A stretch of DNA of 64,000 nt from positions 11,275 to 75,274 of the forward strand of contig CAKUYE010000001.1 in the NCBI GenBank assembly GCA_934702375.1, in the 5' to 3' direction. Shown here piece after piece: positions 10,772-19,562 of the stretch (position 1 is its first letter; every line of letters starts with the position of its first letter). This DNA comes from an uncultured Bacillota bacterium. GTDB taxonomy: Bacteria; Bacillota; Dehalobacteriia; UBA7702. The notes under the pieces are model-generated. The model saw only the letters and a program-made list of their open reading frames with translations, did no database searches and had not been told where the DNA came from. A program made the position numbers and the translations under genes.

Positions 10772-11040
10772 TATAAAAAAAGCTCATCGTCAGATGGGCT
10801 TTTTTTATATGATACACTTAATCCGGAGGGGATTCGAAGTTTATGCCCTTCAGGGTAAATCCCATACGCGTCACCATATAAAAAACACTCATCTCATGAT
10901 GAGTGCTTTTTTGTTTATGATACACTTGATCCAAAAGGGATTCAAAGTTTATACCCTTTAGGGGAAACCCCACACGCACTGATGATAAAAGGGGCTGTTG
11001 CAAAATAGATGAGAAGTCATCTATAGAGCAACAGCCTCTT
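10750..11040 (+). repeat. tandem array of three about 105-bp units, each a degenerate tRNA-Glu 3' end (T-arm and acceptor) plus hairpin terminator plus ATGATACACTT..GGGATTC.AAGTTTAT.CCCTT.AGGG spacer
   Basis: AATCCCATACGCGTCACCATATAAAAAA from the genuine tRNA-Glu 3' end recurs at about 10857 and, degenerated (AAACCCCACACGCACTGATGATAAAAGG), at about 10961; each copy is followed by its own hairpin and T-run. The third hairpin (10990-11040) is a bidirectional terminator for hisIE. Confidence 0.7.
10773..10808 (+). terminator. rho-independent terminator after tRNA-Glu
   Basis: A-run, 8-bp hairpin AGCTCATC-GTCA-GATGGGCT, then TTTTTTT. Confidence 0.75.
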
Positions 11041-11043
11041 TCG

Positions 11044-11685
11044 TTATCTCTTTTGACGGGAAAGCATTTTTTTTGCCACATCATCCCAATTCATACCCTG
11101 TTCATAGAGGAGAACGGTCATATGATAGATAAGGTCAGCGGCTTCCCATTGAAGTTCATCGTAGGCGTGGTTTTTAGCGGCAATGACACATTCCGTGGCT
11201 TCCTCACCCACCTTTTTACAAATTTTATCGACACCCTCGGTAAGGAGATAGTTAGTATAAGAACCTTCCACCGGATTCTTTGCCCGTTCGGCCACAACGC
11301 TGTATTCCTGAGCCATGGCCGGTCCGATAGTGAGAGAATCTTCCGCCGGCTGCAAAGCACCATCTTTCCACTGCCGATAGAAGCAAGTTTTATTTCCGGT
11401 ATGGCAAGCCGCACCGGTCTGTTCAATCTCCAACAGAATCGTATCTCCATCGCAATCCAACTTCAAGGATATCAATTTTTGTTTATTGCCGCTGGTCTCC
11501 CCTTTTTGCCACAGGCATTGGCGAGAACGGCTAAAGTAGGTGCAGTATCCTGTTTCCAGGGTTTTCGTCAAAGATTCTGCATTCATATAGGCCATCATTA
11601 CCACCTGACCACTGCAAACATCATAGGCAATGGCGGGAACCAGGCCTTTTTCATCCCATTTAATTTCATTTATCAATGCATTCAT
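11044..11685 (-). CDS. hisI: bifunctional phosphoribosyl-AMP cyclohydrolase / phosphoribosyl-ATP pyrophosphatase
   Basis: 213 aa; N-terminal HisI cyclohydrolase region and C-terminal HisE MazG-like region. Confidence 0.85.
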   Translation of the reverse strand: MNALINEIKWDEKGLVPAIAYDVCSGQVVMMAYMNAESLTKTLETGYCTYFSRSRQCLWQKGETSGNKQKLISLKLDCDGDTILLEIEQTGAACHTGNKTCFYRQWKDGALQPAEDSLTIGPAMAQEYSVVAERAKNPVEGSYTNYLLTEGVDKICKKVGEEATECVIAAKNHAYDELQWEAADLIYHMTVLLYEQGMNWDDVAKKMLSRQKR

Positions 11686-12406
11686 CGGTTTCTCCTATCA
11701 CATTTTCCAGCTTTACGGCTCCGGTATAAAGGGCCTTGCCAATGATGGCTCCGGCCACACCGGTTTCCTTTAAAGCGGGAATATCACTTTCCTTTGCCAC
11801 ACCGCCAGAAGCAATTACCGCAGCATCTACCGCCTCGGCCATCGTTGCCATGGCGCTAAGATTGGGGCCGGAAAGCATACCATCCCGGGAAATATCCGTA
11901 TAGATGATTGTTGCCACACCCAGGTCCGCAACGGCCTTGGCAAATTCCACCGCTTCCAAAGTGCTGCTTTCGGTCCAGCCCTCAATGGCAACCATACCAT
12001 CCTTGGCATCGATCCCCACGGCAAGACTTTTACCGTATTTCTTTGCAGCTTCGGCCAAAAGCTTTCGATCCCGCACCGCCGAAGTGCCAAGAATCACTCG
12101 GTCAAGACCGGCTTCTAAATAAGTCTCAATATCGGCCATAGTACGAATACCACCGCCAACTTCGGTAAAAAGGCCGGTTTCCGCTTTTACGGCTTTGATA
12201 ATCTTATCGTTGACAGGACAACCGGCTTTGGCACCGTCCAAATCTACCAAATGAATGGAATCAGCGCCGAGCTGCAAAAATTCCCGGGCTTTGGCCACCG
12301 GATCGGCGGCAAACACAGTCTTTTGAGCATAATCCCCTCGAACCAGGCGCACACACTGGCCATCGATCATATCAATGGCAGGCAAAATCTGAAAAGTTCT
12401 CATCAC
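11666..12406 (-). CDS. hisA: 1-(5-phosphoribosyl)-5-[(5-phosphoribosylamino)methylideneamino]imidazole-4-carboxamide isomerase
   Basis: ILPAIDMIDGQCVRL, HLVDLDGA and VGGGIR motifs typical of HisA, not HisF; overlaps hisIE by 20 nt. Confidence 0.8.
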   Translation of the reverse strand: MMRTFQILPAIDMIDGQCVRLVRGDYAQKTVFAADPVAKAREFLQLGADSIHLVDLDGAKAGCPVNDKIIKAVKAETGLFTEVGGGIRTMADIETYLEAGLDRVILGTSAVRDRKLLAEAAKKYGKSLAVGIDAKDGMVAIEGWTESSTLEAVEFAKAVADLGVATIIYTDISRDGMLSGPNLSAMATMAEAVDAAVIASGGVAKESDIPALKETGVAGAIIGKALYTGAVKLENVIGETDECIDK

Positions 12407-12981
12407 AGCACCCCCTTGGTAGAAAGAATCTCCGTCCCTTCTACGGCAACGGCGGCTTTCAGCCCATGACCAAAGGCTTTAAACAACCCCTCGGCCATAT
12501 GATGATTGTTTTTTCCATAGCGTAAATTAAGATGTAGCGTCATCCCGGCCTGATCCGCCAAAGCCCGGAAAAATTCCTCCGTCATTTCCGTGGGATATTC
12601 CCCGATCCGCTCTACGGTAAAATCAGCATGAAAGACAAGATAACTGCGACCGGAAAGATCGATTACCGCTTCGGCCAGAGTCTCATCCATGGGAATCAAA
12701 GCACTGCCATAGCGGTGAATCCCGGCTTTATCACCGAGAGCCTCTTTCAATGCACAACCCAAAACAATACCGGTATCTTCAATGGAATGGTGAGCATCCA
12801 CATAGAGATCTCCCCGACATTGCAAAGAAAGATCAAAACCGCCGTGACGGGCAAAAAGGGTCAGCATATGATCAAAAAAACCAATGCCGGTATTCACTTC
12901 CGCCTTGCCGCTGCCGTCCAGATTCAAGGTCAGAGCGATATCCGTTTCCTTTGTTTTACGGTTTACCGATGCTGTTCTCAA
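12403..12981 (-). CDS. hisB: imidazoleglycerol-phosphate dehydratase
   Basis: 192 aa; RKTKETDI start and DxHH metal motifs of IGPD. Confidence 0.88.
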   Translation of the reverse strand: MRTASVNRKTKETDIALTLNLDGSGKAEVNTGIGFFDHMLTLFARHGGFDLSLQCRGDLYVDAHHSIEDTGIVLGCALKEALGDKAGIHRYGSALIPMDETLAEAVIDLSGRSYLVFHADFTVERIGEYPTEMTEEFFRALADQAGMTLHLNLRYGKNNHHMAEGLFKAFGHGLKAAVAVEGTEILSTKGVL

Positions 12982-14051
12982 TCAAACCGCCCCTTTCCGT
13001 CCACGTATTCCTCTACCACATCAAGGAAAATACGCATTTCTTCTTTGGTGCCGATGGTCACCCGAAGGTAATCTTCGATCCGGGGTTGATCAAAATGGCG
13101 CACCAGAATATTTTTACTGCGCAAATGGTCAAAAAGATCTTTGGCCTTGCAATTCCAGTAATGAATCATAATAAAATTTGCCGAAGAAGGTAAGACATCA
13201 AAGCCAATCATCCGCAAAGCAACACTGACCCCTTCCCGGGTAGCACGAACGGTATTGATATTTGCCTCCACGGTACGTTTGTTTTGAAGAGAAGCAATAG
13301 CCCCGGCTTGAGCAATACGGTCTACCGGATAAGAATTAAAGGAATCCTTCACCCGATACATGCCTTCGATCAATTCGGGACTGCCGATAGCAAATCCCAC
13401 CCGCAGACCGGCCAAAGAGTGAGATTTCGACATGGTTTGTACCACAAGGATATTGGGATATTTCCGTACCAACGGAATGGCCGTTTCCCCACCAAAGCGC
13501 ACATAGGCTTCATCGACAATAATCACATGATCCGGATTATTCTTTACGATAAACTCAATTTCCCGACGGGTGAGTGCAATGCCGGTAGGCGCATTGGGAT
13601 TGGCAAGAACAATGCCGCCGTTTTTCCGACGGTAATCCCGAAGATTGATGGAAAAATCATCCTTTAACGGCACTGTTTCGTAAGTCAGCCCCAAATGATT
13701 GCAGTATACCGGATAGAAGCTGTAAGTAACATCCGGAAAATAAACAGGCTCTTCCGGCGAAAAAAAGGCATCAAAGGCAAAGGAAAGGACCTCATCGGAA
13801 CCATTCCCAACAAAAACATTTTCCGGGGATACCTTATTATACTTGGCAAAAAGACTTCTTAATTCCAAGGCCTCAGGATCGGGATATTTGCGCAGGTCGC
13901 CATTGGCGGCCTTACGCATAGCCCGAAGGACTTTATCGCTGGGGGGAAAGGGATTTTCATTGGTATTTAATTTTACCATTTCTGTTTTGGGCTGTTCCCC
14001 GGGGGTATAGGGCTTTAAATTACGGGTACGTTCATTCCAAAATCGACTCAT
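12978..14051 (-). CDS. hisC: histidinol-phosphate aminotransferase
   Basis: LKPYTPGEQP...NENPFPP N-terminal pattern and PLP-lysine region (SKSHSLAGLRVG); start placed at internal ATG (MSRFW...); the track ORF start at 14126 overlaps hisD. Confidence 0.85.
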   Translation of the reverse strand: MSRFWNERTRNLKPYTPGEQPKTEMVKLNTNENPFPPSDKVLRAMRKAANGDLRKYPDPEALELRSLFAKYNKVSPENVFVGNGSDEVLSFAFDAFFSPEEPVYFPDVTYSFYPVYCNHLGLTYETVPLKDDFSINLRDYRRKNGGIVLANPNAPTGIALTRREIEFIVKNNPDHVIIVDEAYVRFGGETAIPLVRKYPNILVVQTMSKSHSLAGLRVGFAIGSPELIEGMYRVKDSFNSYPVDRIAQAGAIASLQNKRTVEANINTVRATREGVSVALRMIGFDVLPSSANFIMIHYWNCKAKDLFDHLRSKNILVRHFDQPRIEDYLRVTIGTKEEMRIFLDVVEEYVDGKGRFD

Positions 14052-14070
14052 GGTATTGGGATCCTCCTGA

Positions 14071-15363
14071 TTATTTACGGATTGCTGCGCTTCTGGCATG
14101 GCCGGTAAGGCCTTCGGAATTGGCAAAGCGAATCACATCATCCTGGACTTTCATAAAAGCTTCTTTGTTGTAACAAAGCACTGTGGTTTTTTTCATAAAG
14201 TCAATGGTATTCAAAGGAGAAGAGAATCGTCCGGTACCAATGGTAGGCAAAATGTGGTTGGGACCGGCCATGTAATCCCCAAGAGCTTCGGGGGTGTAGT
14301 GACCAAGGAACAATGCTCCGGCCGTTTTGGGTTTGTGAATGTAATCCAGAGGATTATCCACGGCGATTTCAAGGTGCTCCGGAGCAATGATATTGGCAAC
14401 GTCAAAACACTGGTCAAGATCATCACAAAGGATCACCGCACCGTAATCATCCCAGGATGCTTTGGCAATGTCATAGCGTTCCATGGGCTTCAAAGCTTTT
14501 TCCACTTCAGCTTCGGTAGCTTCGGCCAAAGCAGCATCGGTAGTTACAAAATAAGATGCAGCAAGGCGGTCATGCTCGGCCTGAGAAAGAAGATCCGCCG
14601 CAAGCCATACCGGATCGGAGGAACTATCGGAAACAACGCAAATTTCACTGGGGCCGGCAACCATATCAATACCGCACTCACCGAATACCAGCTGTTTTGC
14701 AGTGGCAACAAAAGCATTGCCGGGGCCGGTGATTTTATCTACCGCAGGAATGGTTTCGGTACCGTAAGCCAACGCAGCAATGGATTGAGCGCCGCCAACC
14801 TTATAAATTTCGGTAACACCGGCAATCTTGGCAGCCACCAAGGTAACGCCGGGAATGGTGCCATCGGCAGCAGGGGGTGTGACCATCACAATTTGTTTTA
14901 CTCCGGCAACCTGAGCCGGAACAGCGTTCATCAAAACCGAGGAGGGCAACGGTGTTTTACCGCCGGCACCACCGGGAACATAGATCCCCACATTGCGCAA
15001 GGGCTGAATCAACATCCCCAGAGTTGTGCCGTCATCTTTCTGTTCAAACCAACTGTTTTCCAGTTGTTTTTTGTGGAAATAGGCAATATTTTCCGCAGCT
15101 TTCTCAATCGAGCCTAAAAGCTCCTTGTCAATCTTGGAAAAAGCATCCTCGATTTCTTCTTCGCTGACCTTAAGGTTTTCCACGGTGCAGCCATCAAATT
15201 TGGCATTGTAAAAGCGCAAGGCATCATCACCTTCGGCACGAACTTTGGCAATGATATCCTTTACGATATCCTCTACATCAGCGCTGTTGTTATCCTTGCG
15301 GACATTGAGATAAGCCTGCAACTCACTGTAATCGGTGCTGTTTCTAAAATCAAATTTTTTCAT
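14071..15363 (-). CDS. hisD: histidinol dehydrogenase
   Basis: 430 aa, HisD family Zn/NAD-binding motifs (QAEHD, GPxHxLPT). Confidence 0.9.
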   Translation of the reverse strand: MKKFDFRNSTDYSELQAYLNVRKDNNSADVEDIVKDIIAKVRAEGDDALRFYNAKFDGCTVENLKVSEEEIEDAFSKIDKELLGSIEKAAENIAYFHKKQLENSWFEQKDDGTTLGMLIQPLRNVGIYVPGGAGGKTPLPSSVLMNAVPAQVAGVKQIVMVTPPAADGTIPGVTLVAAKIAGVTEIYKVGGAQSIAALAYGTETIPAVDKITGPGNAFVATAKQLVFGECGIDMVAGPSEICVVSDSSSDPVWLAADLLSQAEHDRLAASYFVTTDAALAEATEAEVEKALKPMERYDIAKASWDDYGAVILCDDLDQCFDVANIIAPEHLEIAVDNPLDYIHKPKTAGALFLGHYTPEALGDYMAGPNHILPTIGTGRFSSPLNTIDFMKKTTVLCYNKEAFMKVQDDVIRFANSEGLTGHARSAAIRK

Positions 15364-15378
15364 TTTATATCGACTCCT

Positions 15379-16017
15379 TTATTCCAATTCTTTTTTAAAA
15401 TCGCGGATCAATTTCACAATCATTTCATTTTTCGTTTTCATACTGACTTTGTTCACCACCATCCGGGCGGAAATATCCCGGATCACATCCTCATAGATCA
15501 CAAGGCCGTTAGCATCCAAAGTTGCACCGCTCTGAACAATATCAACGATAACATCGGCAAGGCCGGTGATGGGAGCCAATTCCACGGATCCGTTGATCTT
15601 GATGATTTCCACACGCTCCGAGCGCTCCTCACGAAAATATTTCTCAGCAATATGGGGATACTTTGTAGCTACTTTCTTTCGCTGGTTTTTCTCCCAAAGC
15701 TCCTGTTTTCCCACAGGTCCGGCCACACACATACGGCAACGACCAAAACCAAGATCAAGGACCTCAAAGAGATCTCGTTCTTCTTCCAACAAAGTATCCT
15801 TACCTACAATGCCGATATCGGCGGCACCGTATTCTACAAAAGTAGGGATATCCGAAGGCTTTCCCAGGAAAAAGCGGACGCCGCCGCTTTCATCGGTAAG
15901 AATCAGCTTGCGCTTGGGATCATCAAATTCCGGACAGACAATACCGCTTTTACGGAAAAATTCCATGGAGAGATCGGCCAGGCGGCCCTTGGCCAAAGCA
16001 ACATTCAATGTTTTCAT
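15379..16017 (-). CDS. hisG: ATP phosphoribosyltransferase, short form
   Basis: 212 aa, the short HisG form that requires HisZ; overlaps the hisZ stop. Confidence 0.85.
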   Translation of the reverse strand: MKTLNVALAKGRLADLSMEFFRKSGIVCPEFDDPKRKLILTDESGGVRFFLGKPSDIPTFVEYGAADIGIVGKDTLLEEERDLFEVLDLGFGRCRMCVAGPVGKQELWEKNQRKKVATKYPHIAEKYFREERSERVEIIKINGSVELAPITGLADVIVDIVQSGATLDANGLVIYEDVIRDISARMVVNKVSMKTKNEMIVKLIRDFKKELE

Positions 16018-17012
16018 GACGACATTCCCTCCTCTCCGTTACCGGCTAAGATGTCCAATAAAAAGTTGATATTTACCGAAAAGCCCGTAGCCGGCGTGGC
16101 CGGGCCGAATTTTTCTACCAGGTGGTCATAACGCCCCCCAGAGAGTATCGGCGTGCCAAAGCCGGAAACAAAGCCCTGAAAGATAATGCCGGTATAATAA
16201 GATAACGCGCTAACCATGCCGAGATCAATGGCCAGATAGCGGCCGTAGCCTGCTTTTTGCAACCGTTCTACCACATCGGAAAGATTATCAATGGCTTCCC
16301 GAGCCTTGCCCCCAAAACGATAGTCCTTTAATCGGGTCAGGATTTCAATACCACCGTAAAGTGCCGGCAACTCCGTTAATGCAGATTTCAAATCTCCGCC
16401 AATGCCCAAAGCTGCCACCTTCTTTTCCAGTCCAAGAAAATCCTTTTTATCCACAAGATGGCGTAAAGCATCTTTTTCGGCAAAGGGCAGCGATGTTTCG
16501 TTCATCAATCCCTTAAAATATTTCACCTGCCCCAGCTCTACGGTAAATTCATTTAGCCCGGCAGCAATAAGAGCTTCAATGGCGGTAGCTATCATCTCGG
16601 CATCTGCCGCCGAAGAGCCGTCGCCAATGCTTTCGCAGCCGGCCTGGGTGATTTCCTTTAAATCCAGGTACCGATCTTTTTTGCTGCGAAATACATTCTG
16701 ACAATAGCACAATTTTAAAGGCAGTCGCTCCTTAAGCTTCGTTGCAGCCAACCGGGCACAGGGCACGGTAAGATCGGGGCGAAGAACAAGAATACGTCCC
16801 TGCTCATCGACAAACTTAATCATATCCTCTTCGGGGATGATATCCCGCTGGCCGCTGAAGGAATCAAAAAATTCCAATGTCGGCGTAACGATCTCGGAGA
16901 AACCACCGTGTCGAAAGACCTCGATCATAGCATTTTCAATTTTTCGCTTGCGATAGCTTTCGTCTGCAAGAAGATCCTGCTCGCCATCGGGGACATAAAG
17001 CTTCCAGGTCAT
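16014..17012 (-). CDS. hisZ: ATP phosphoribosyltransferase regulatory subunit (HisS paralog)
   Basis: Class II aaRS-like catalytic core without anticodon-binding domain; start taken at internal ATG (MTWKLYV...) with GAAAGGA RBS, because the longer track ORF would overlap the attenuator terminator. Confidence 0.8.
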   Translation of the reverse strand: MTWKLYVPDGEQDLLADESYRKRKIENAMIEVFRHGGFSEIVTPTLEFFDSFSGQRDIIPEEDMIKFVDEQGRILVLRPDLTVPCARLAATKLKERLPLKLCYCQNVFRSKKDRYLDLKEITQAGCESIGDGSSAADAEMIATAIEALIAAGLNEFTVELGQVKYFKGLMNETSLPFAEKDALRHLVDKKDFLGLEKKVAALGIGGDLKSALTELPALYGGIEILTRLKDYRFGGKAREAIDNLSDVVERLQKAGYGRYLAIDLGMVSALSYYTGIIFQGFVSGFGTPILSGGRYDHLVEKFGPATPATGFSVNINFLLDILAGNGEEGMSS

Positions 17013-17051
17013 AGAACGATCATCCTTTCTGAGATATTCCGGGGAACCCGG

Positions 17052-17086
17052 GAAATAAAAACGCAGCCACAATTGCGTGACTGCGG
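17052..17086 (-). terminator. intrinsic terminator of the his attenuator (between leader peptide and hisZ)
   Basis: On minus strand: CCGCAGTCAC-GCAATT-GTGGCTGCG hairpin (9 bp including one G-U) followed by TTTTTATTT; lies 40 nt upstream of the hisZ ATG. Confidence 0.7.
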
Positions 17087-17135
17087 AACTTACTATAAAG
17101 AAATATACCCTACCTACGGGTAATTTTGAATGACA

Positions 17136-17240
17136 TTACCCGCAAATAAAGGAAGGTGCTTTCGGAGAACACGCACACGCCACAAAAATATTTTTTTCTG
17201 CACAATGGTGATGGTGGTGGTGGTGAAGATGCATGCGCAT
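17136..17240 (-). CDS. hisL: his operon leader peptide with 7 consecutive His codons (MRMHLHHHHHHHCAEKNIFVACACSPKAPSFICG)
   Basis: Minus-strand mini-ORF ATG CGC ATG CAT CTT CAC CAC CAC CAC CAT CAC CAT ... TAA, preceded by GAAAGGAGC RBS; absent from the ORF track because it is only 34 codons. Confidence 0.7.
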   Translation of the reverse strand: MRMHLHHHHHHHCAEKNIFVACACSPKAPSFICG

Positions 17241-17292
17241 TTTAAAAGCTCCTTTCTTATGGATAGATCACGATTTCTTGATGTTGTTTGAT

Positions 17293-17321
17293 ATTATACT
17301 ATGATAATCCGGGAAAATCAA
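17293..17321 (-). promoter_or_regulatory. sigma-A type promoter of the his leader transcript (TTGATT-17-TATAAT)
   Basis: Minus strand: -35 TTGATT (17316-17321), 17-nt spacer, -10 TATAAT (17293-17298), about 50 nt upstream of the leader ATG. Confidence 0.6.
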
Positions 17322-17433
17322 GTATAATTTTACATTTTTTCTCAAAAAAATTAGTAAAAATTAGGACAAGACTTTTCACCCATTTTTCATTTTCGCATAG
17401 AATGAAAGAAGAATCAAAGAAAGGAACTTTACT

Positions 17434-18228
17434 ATGACCTGGTTTTTATCACTCCCCACGTTGCTCCAGGGGCTGCTGGCCGGTTTACTGGCGTTGCTCC
17501 CTGCGGCAGGCGGCGCAGCGATGGTATTTCCCCTTCGTGATCTCAACCAGAAATATCTGGACGGTTGCCTTGGCCTGGCCGGCGGAATTATGGTAGCGGC
17601 ATCCTTTTATTCATTGCTGAACCCTGCCTACGATCAGGCGGTAGCGCTGCATTTCACTCCGATCTGGCCCATCGTTTCCGGTTTTATTTGCGGTGTGCTT
17701 TTTCTGCTTTTTGCCGACAAGGTGCTGCCCACCGACGGCAGAGAAACCAAGGCAGGAAAATTCCTTCAACGCTCCTTTGGCAGCAACACACTTCTCTACC
17801 TCGCCATGACGGTACATAATATCCCCGAAGGCCTCGCTATCGGGGTTGCCGTTGGGGCTGCAGCCGATGGCAGCACCATGGCGGCAGCTCTGGCACTGGC
17901 TCTGGGCATCGGCATTCAAAACTTCCCGGAAGGCGCTGCGATTTCCCTTCCTCTGCGCCGAGACGGTCTTTCTCCGGCAAAAGCCTTTGGCTTTAGCCAG
18001 CTTTCGGCCACAGCAGAAACCATCTCCGCCATGATCGGCGCAGCTCTTACCATCTTTGCCGAACCGATCCTTCCCTTTATCCTGGCCTTTGCCGCCGGAG
18101 CAATGATTTTTGTGGTTTTTGCCGAGATCATTCCCGAGGCTCATATCAACGGCAACAAAAAAGCGGTGTCGGTGTTGGCGGCGGTGGGGTTTGTTGTAAT
18201 GATGTTCTTCGACCTCTTCTTCAGCTGA
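17434..18228 (+). CDS. ZIP family divalent metal (zinc) transporter
   Basis: 264 aa; 8 TM pattern; HNIPEGLAIG signature of ZupT/GufA-type ZIP proteins. Confidence 0.75.
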   Translation: MTWFLSLPTLLQGLLAGLLALLPAAGGAAMVFPLRDLNQKYLDGCLGLAGGIMVAASFYSLLNPAYDQAVALHFTPIWPIVSGFICGVLFLLFADKVLPTDGRETKAGKFLQRSFGSNTLLYLAMTVHNIPEGLAIGVAVGAAADGSTMAAALALALGIGIQNFPEGAAISLPLRRDGLSPAKAFGFSQLSATAETISAMIGAALTIFAEPILPFILAFAAGAMIFVVFAEIIPEAHINGNKKAVSVLAAVGFVVMMFFDLFFS

Positions 18229-18235
18229 TTTTGGC

Positions 18236-18347
18236 GCGCTAAATGCACAGAACTCGGCAAACCTGTTCAAAGTCGAGCTTACGGGTACATTAAGTACACC
18301 GCAAACTCAACTCCGAACCTGTTTACCGAGTTCTGCACATTTATTGC
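18236..18347. repeat. REP/MITE-like long imperfect inverted repeat (29-bp arms, 24/29 paired, about 46-nt spacer with nested hairpin) between convergent genes
   Basis: Left arm TAAATGCACAGAACTCGGCAAACCTGTTC versus right arm GAACCTGTTTACCGAGTTCTGCACATTTA; the same CAGAACTCGG(C/T)AAA core recurs at 60.7-60.9 kb. Confidence 0.65.
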
Positions 18348-18370
18348 CGTCTTAGTTATTTTTTTCTCTT

Positions 18371-19549
18371 TTAAAATCTTTTGGCGTACTTTTCCAAATA
18401 GAAGGTGCGCATGATGCTGCAATCCTCTTTTTCCAATGCGTGGAGCTTCCTTTCCGGATCGTTGGCAGTAAAAAATTCGGAAAGCAGCCTTGTCCGAGCA
18501 TTTTTTTCGGTTATATCCGCCAAGGCAGCGGCATCCTCCATGGTTTTGCCGCAACAAAGTGCGCCGCATTTTTCCACCAGAACGCCATGATTTTCTCCCA
18601 AAGCAGCGGCAATGCCATCGGCATAGAAAGCCGACCACTCCATTTTTTCCCCGTTAATCTGAGCAAAATCATCCAGATACGCCGCCAAAGGCTCCCGCAA
18701 TACGGAGCAAGCCAACGTTGCAGGAGAAAAGGACTGGCGGATTGCATGGATATCCGGCCGCTTTTTGTATATCAATAAATGAGTCCGTTGCTCTTCGCTG
18801 ATCACCGGATGATCCAGTTCCATTTCAGATCCATCGGGATAATACATTACCGGCGTGCCATCGGCTTTGCGTTCACTGGTGCATAATTGACGCACTCTTT
18901 CCGGCATGGACTCTCGATAAAAACAGGTAAGCACATCCTGATAGATATTATCCTCCATGGTCATAGCGCGCTGCATAAAGCTTTCATAAGCCATGCGGAT
19001 ATGGTGGCTGCACAACATTTCCAATCCCACAGCAGCACGGAAAGCATCGGCACTGTTCCCTCCAAGACAAACAGCGCCATGATGCGCCATTAATGCTGCA
19101 GCATGAAGGTCATCGTGAAGCACTGCAACAACATGATCCTTGAGGGCATCGCTACCGGGAAGACCATAAGCAGCACAGGGCATGCCGTTCAGCTTAACAT
19201 TTCCAATCTTGAGACCGGGAATATCCGCATCAAAAGCACCCAAAACCGAAGCATCGGTTTGATGCGTATGAATAATAAAATTTGCTTTGGGATTGGAGCA
19301 ATACAATGCCCGGTGCATCTCAACCTCCGAAGAAGGCAAGCCATCCCCCCAGGAGCGTCCGTCCGTAAGATTCACAATCACAAGATCCTCCGGACGTAAA
19401 GAACGATAATCCTTACCGCTGGGGGTAATCACAAAATGACCGCGATCCACACGGCAGCTGAGGTTGCCCCAGGTACGCACAATCAGACCGGCACTCAGCA
19501 ACCGCATACTCATATCCAGAATATCTTCTCTTGCCTTCGCAAGTTCCAT
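18371..19549 (-). CDS. class II aldolase/adducin family protein with two tandem aldolase-II domains
   Basis: ITPSG motif and His-rich metal site in the first half, second aldolase-II-like half; start at internal ATG (MELAKARED), because the longer track ORF overlaps the upstream gene. Confidence 0.55.
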   Translation of the reverse strand: MELAKAREDILDMSMRLLSAGLIVRTWGNLSCRVDRGHFVITPSGKDYRSLRPEDLVIVNLTDGRSWGDGLPSSEVEMHRALYCSNPKANFIIHTHQTDASVLGAFDADIPGLKIGNVKLNGMPCAAYGLPGSDALKDHVVAVLHDDLHAAALMAHHGAVCLGGNSADAFRAAVGLEMLCSHHIRMAYESFMQRAMTMEDNIYQDVLTCFYRESMPERVRQLCTSERKADGTPVMYYPDGSEMELDHPVISEEQRTHLLIYKKRPDIHAIRQSFSPATLACSVLREPLAAYLDDFAQINGEKMEWSAFYADGIAAALGENHGVLVEKCGALCCGKTMEDAAALADITEKNARTRLLSEFFTANDPERKLHALEKEDCSIMRTFYLEKYAKRF

Positions 19550-19562
19550 TTTTTCCACCTCC

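Noticed and set aside
10659-10961. 100-aa ORF
   Set aside because: Overlaps tRNA-Met and tRNA-Glu and the repeat array; translation of tRNA and terminator sequence.
14098-15117. 339-aa plus-strand ORF
   Set aside because: Antisense to hisD; composition-driven open frame.
17300-17430. Zur box upstream of the ZIP transporter
   Set aside because: No TCGTAAT-N-ATTACGA-like palindrome found in the divergent promoter region.
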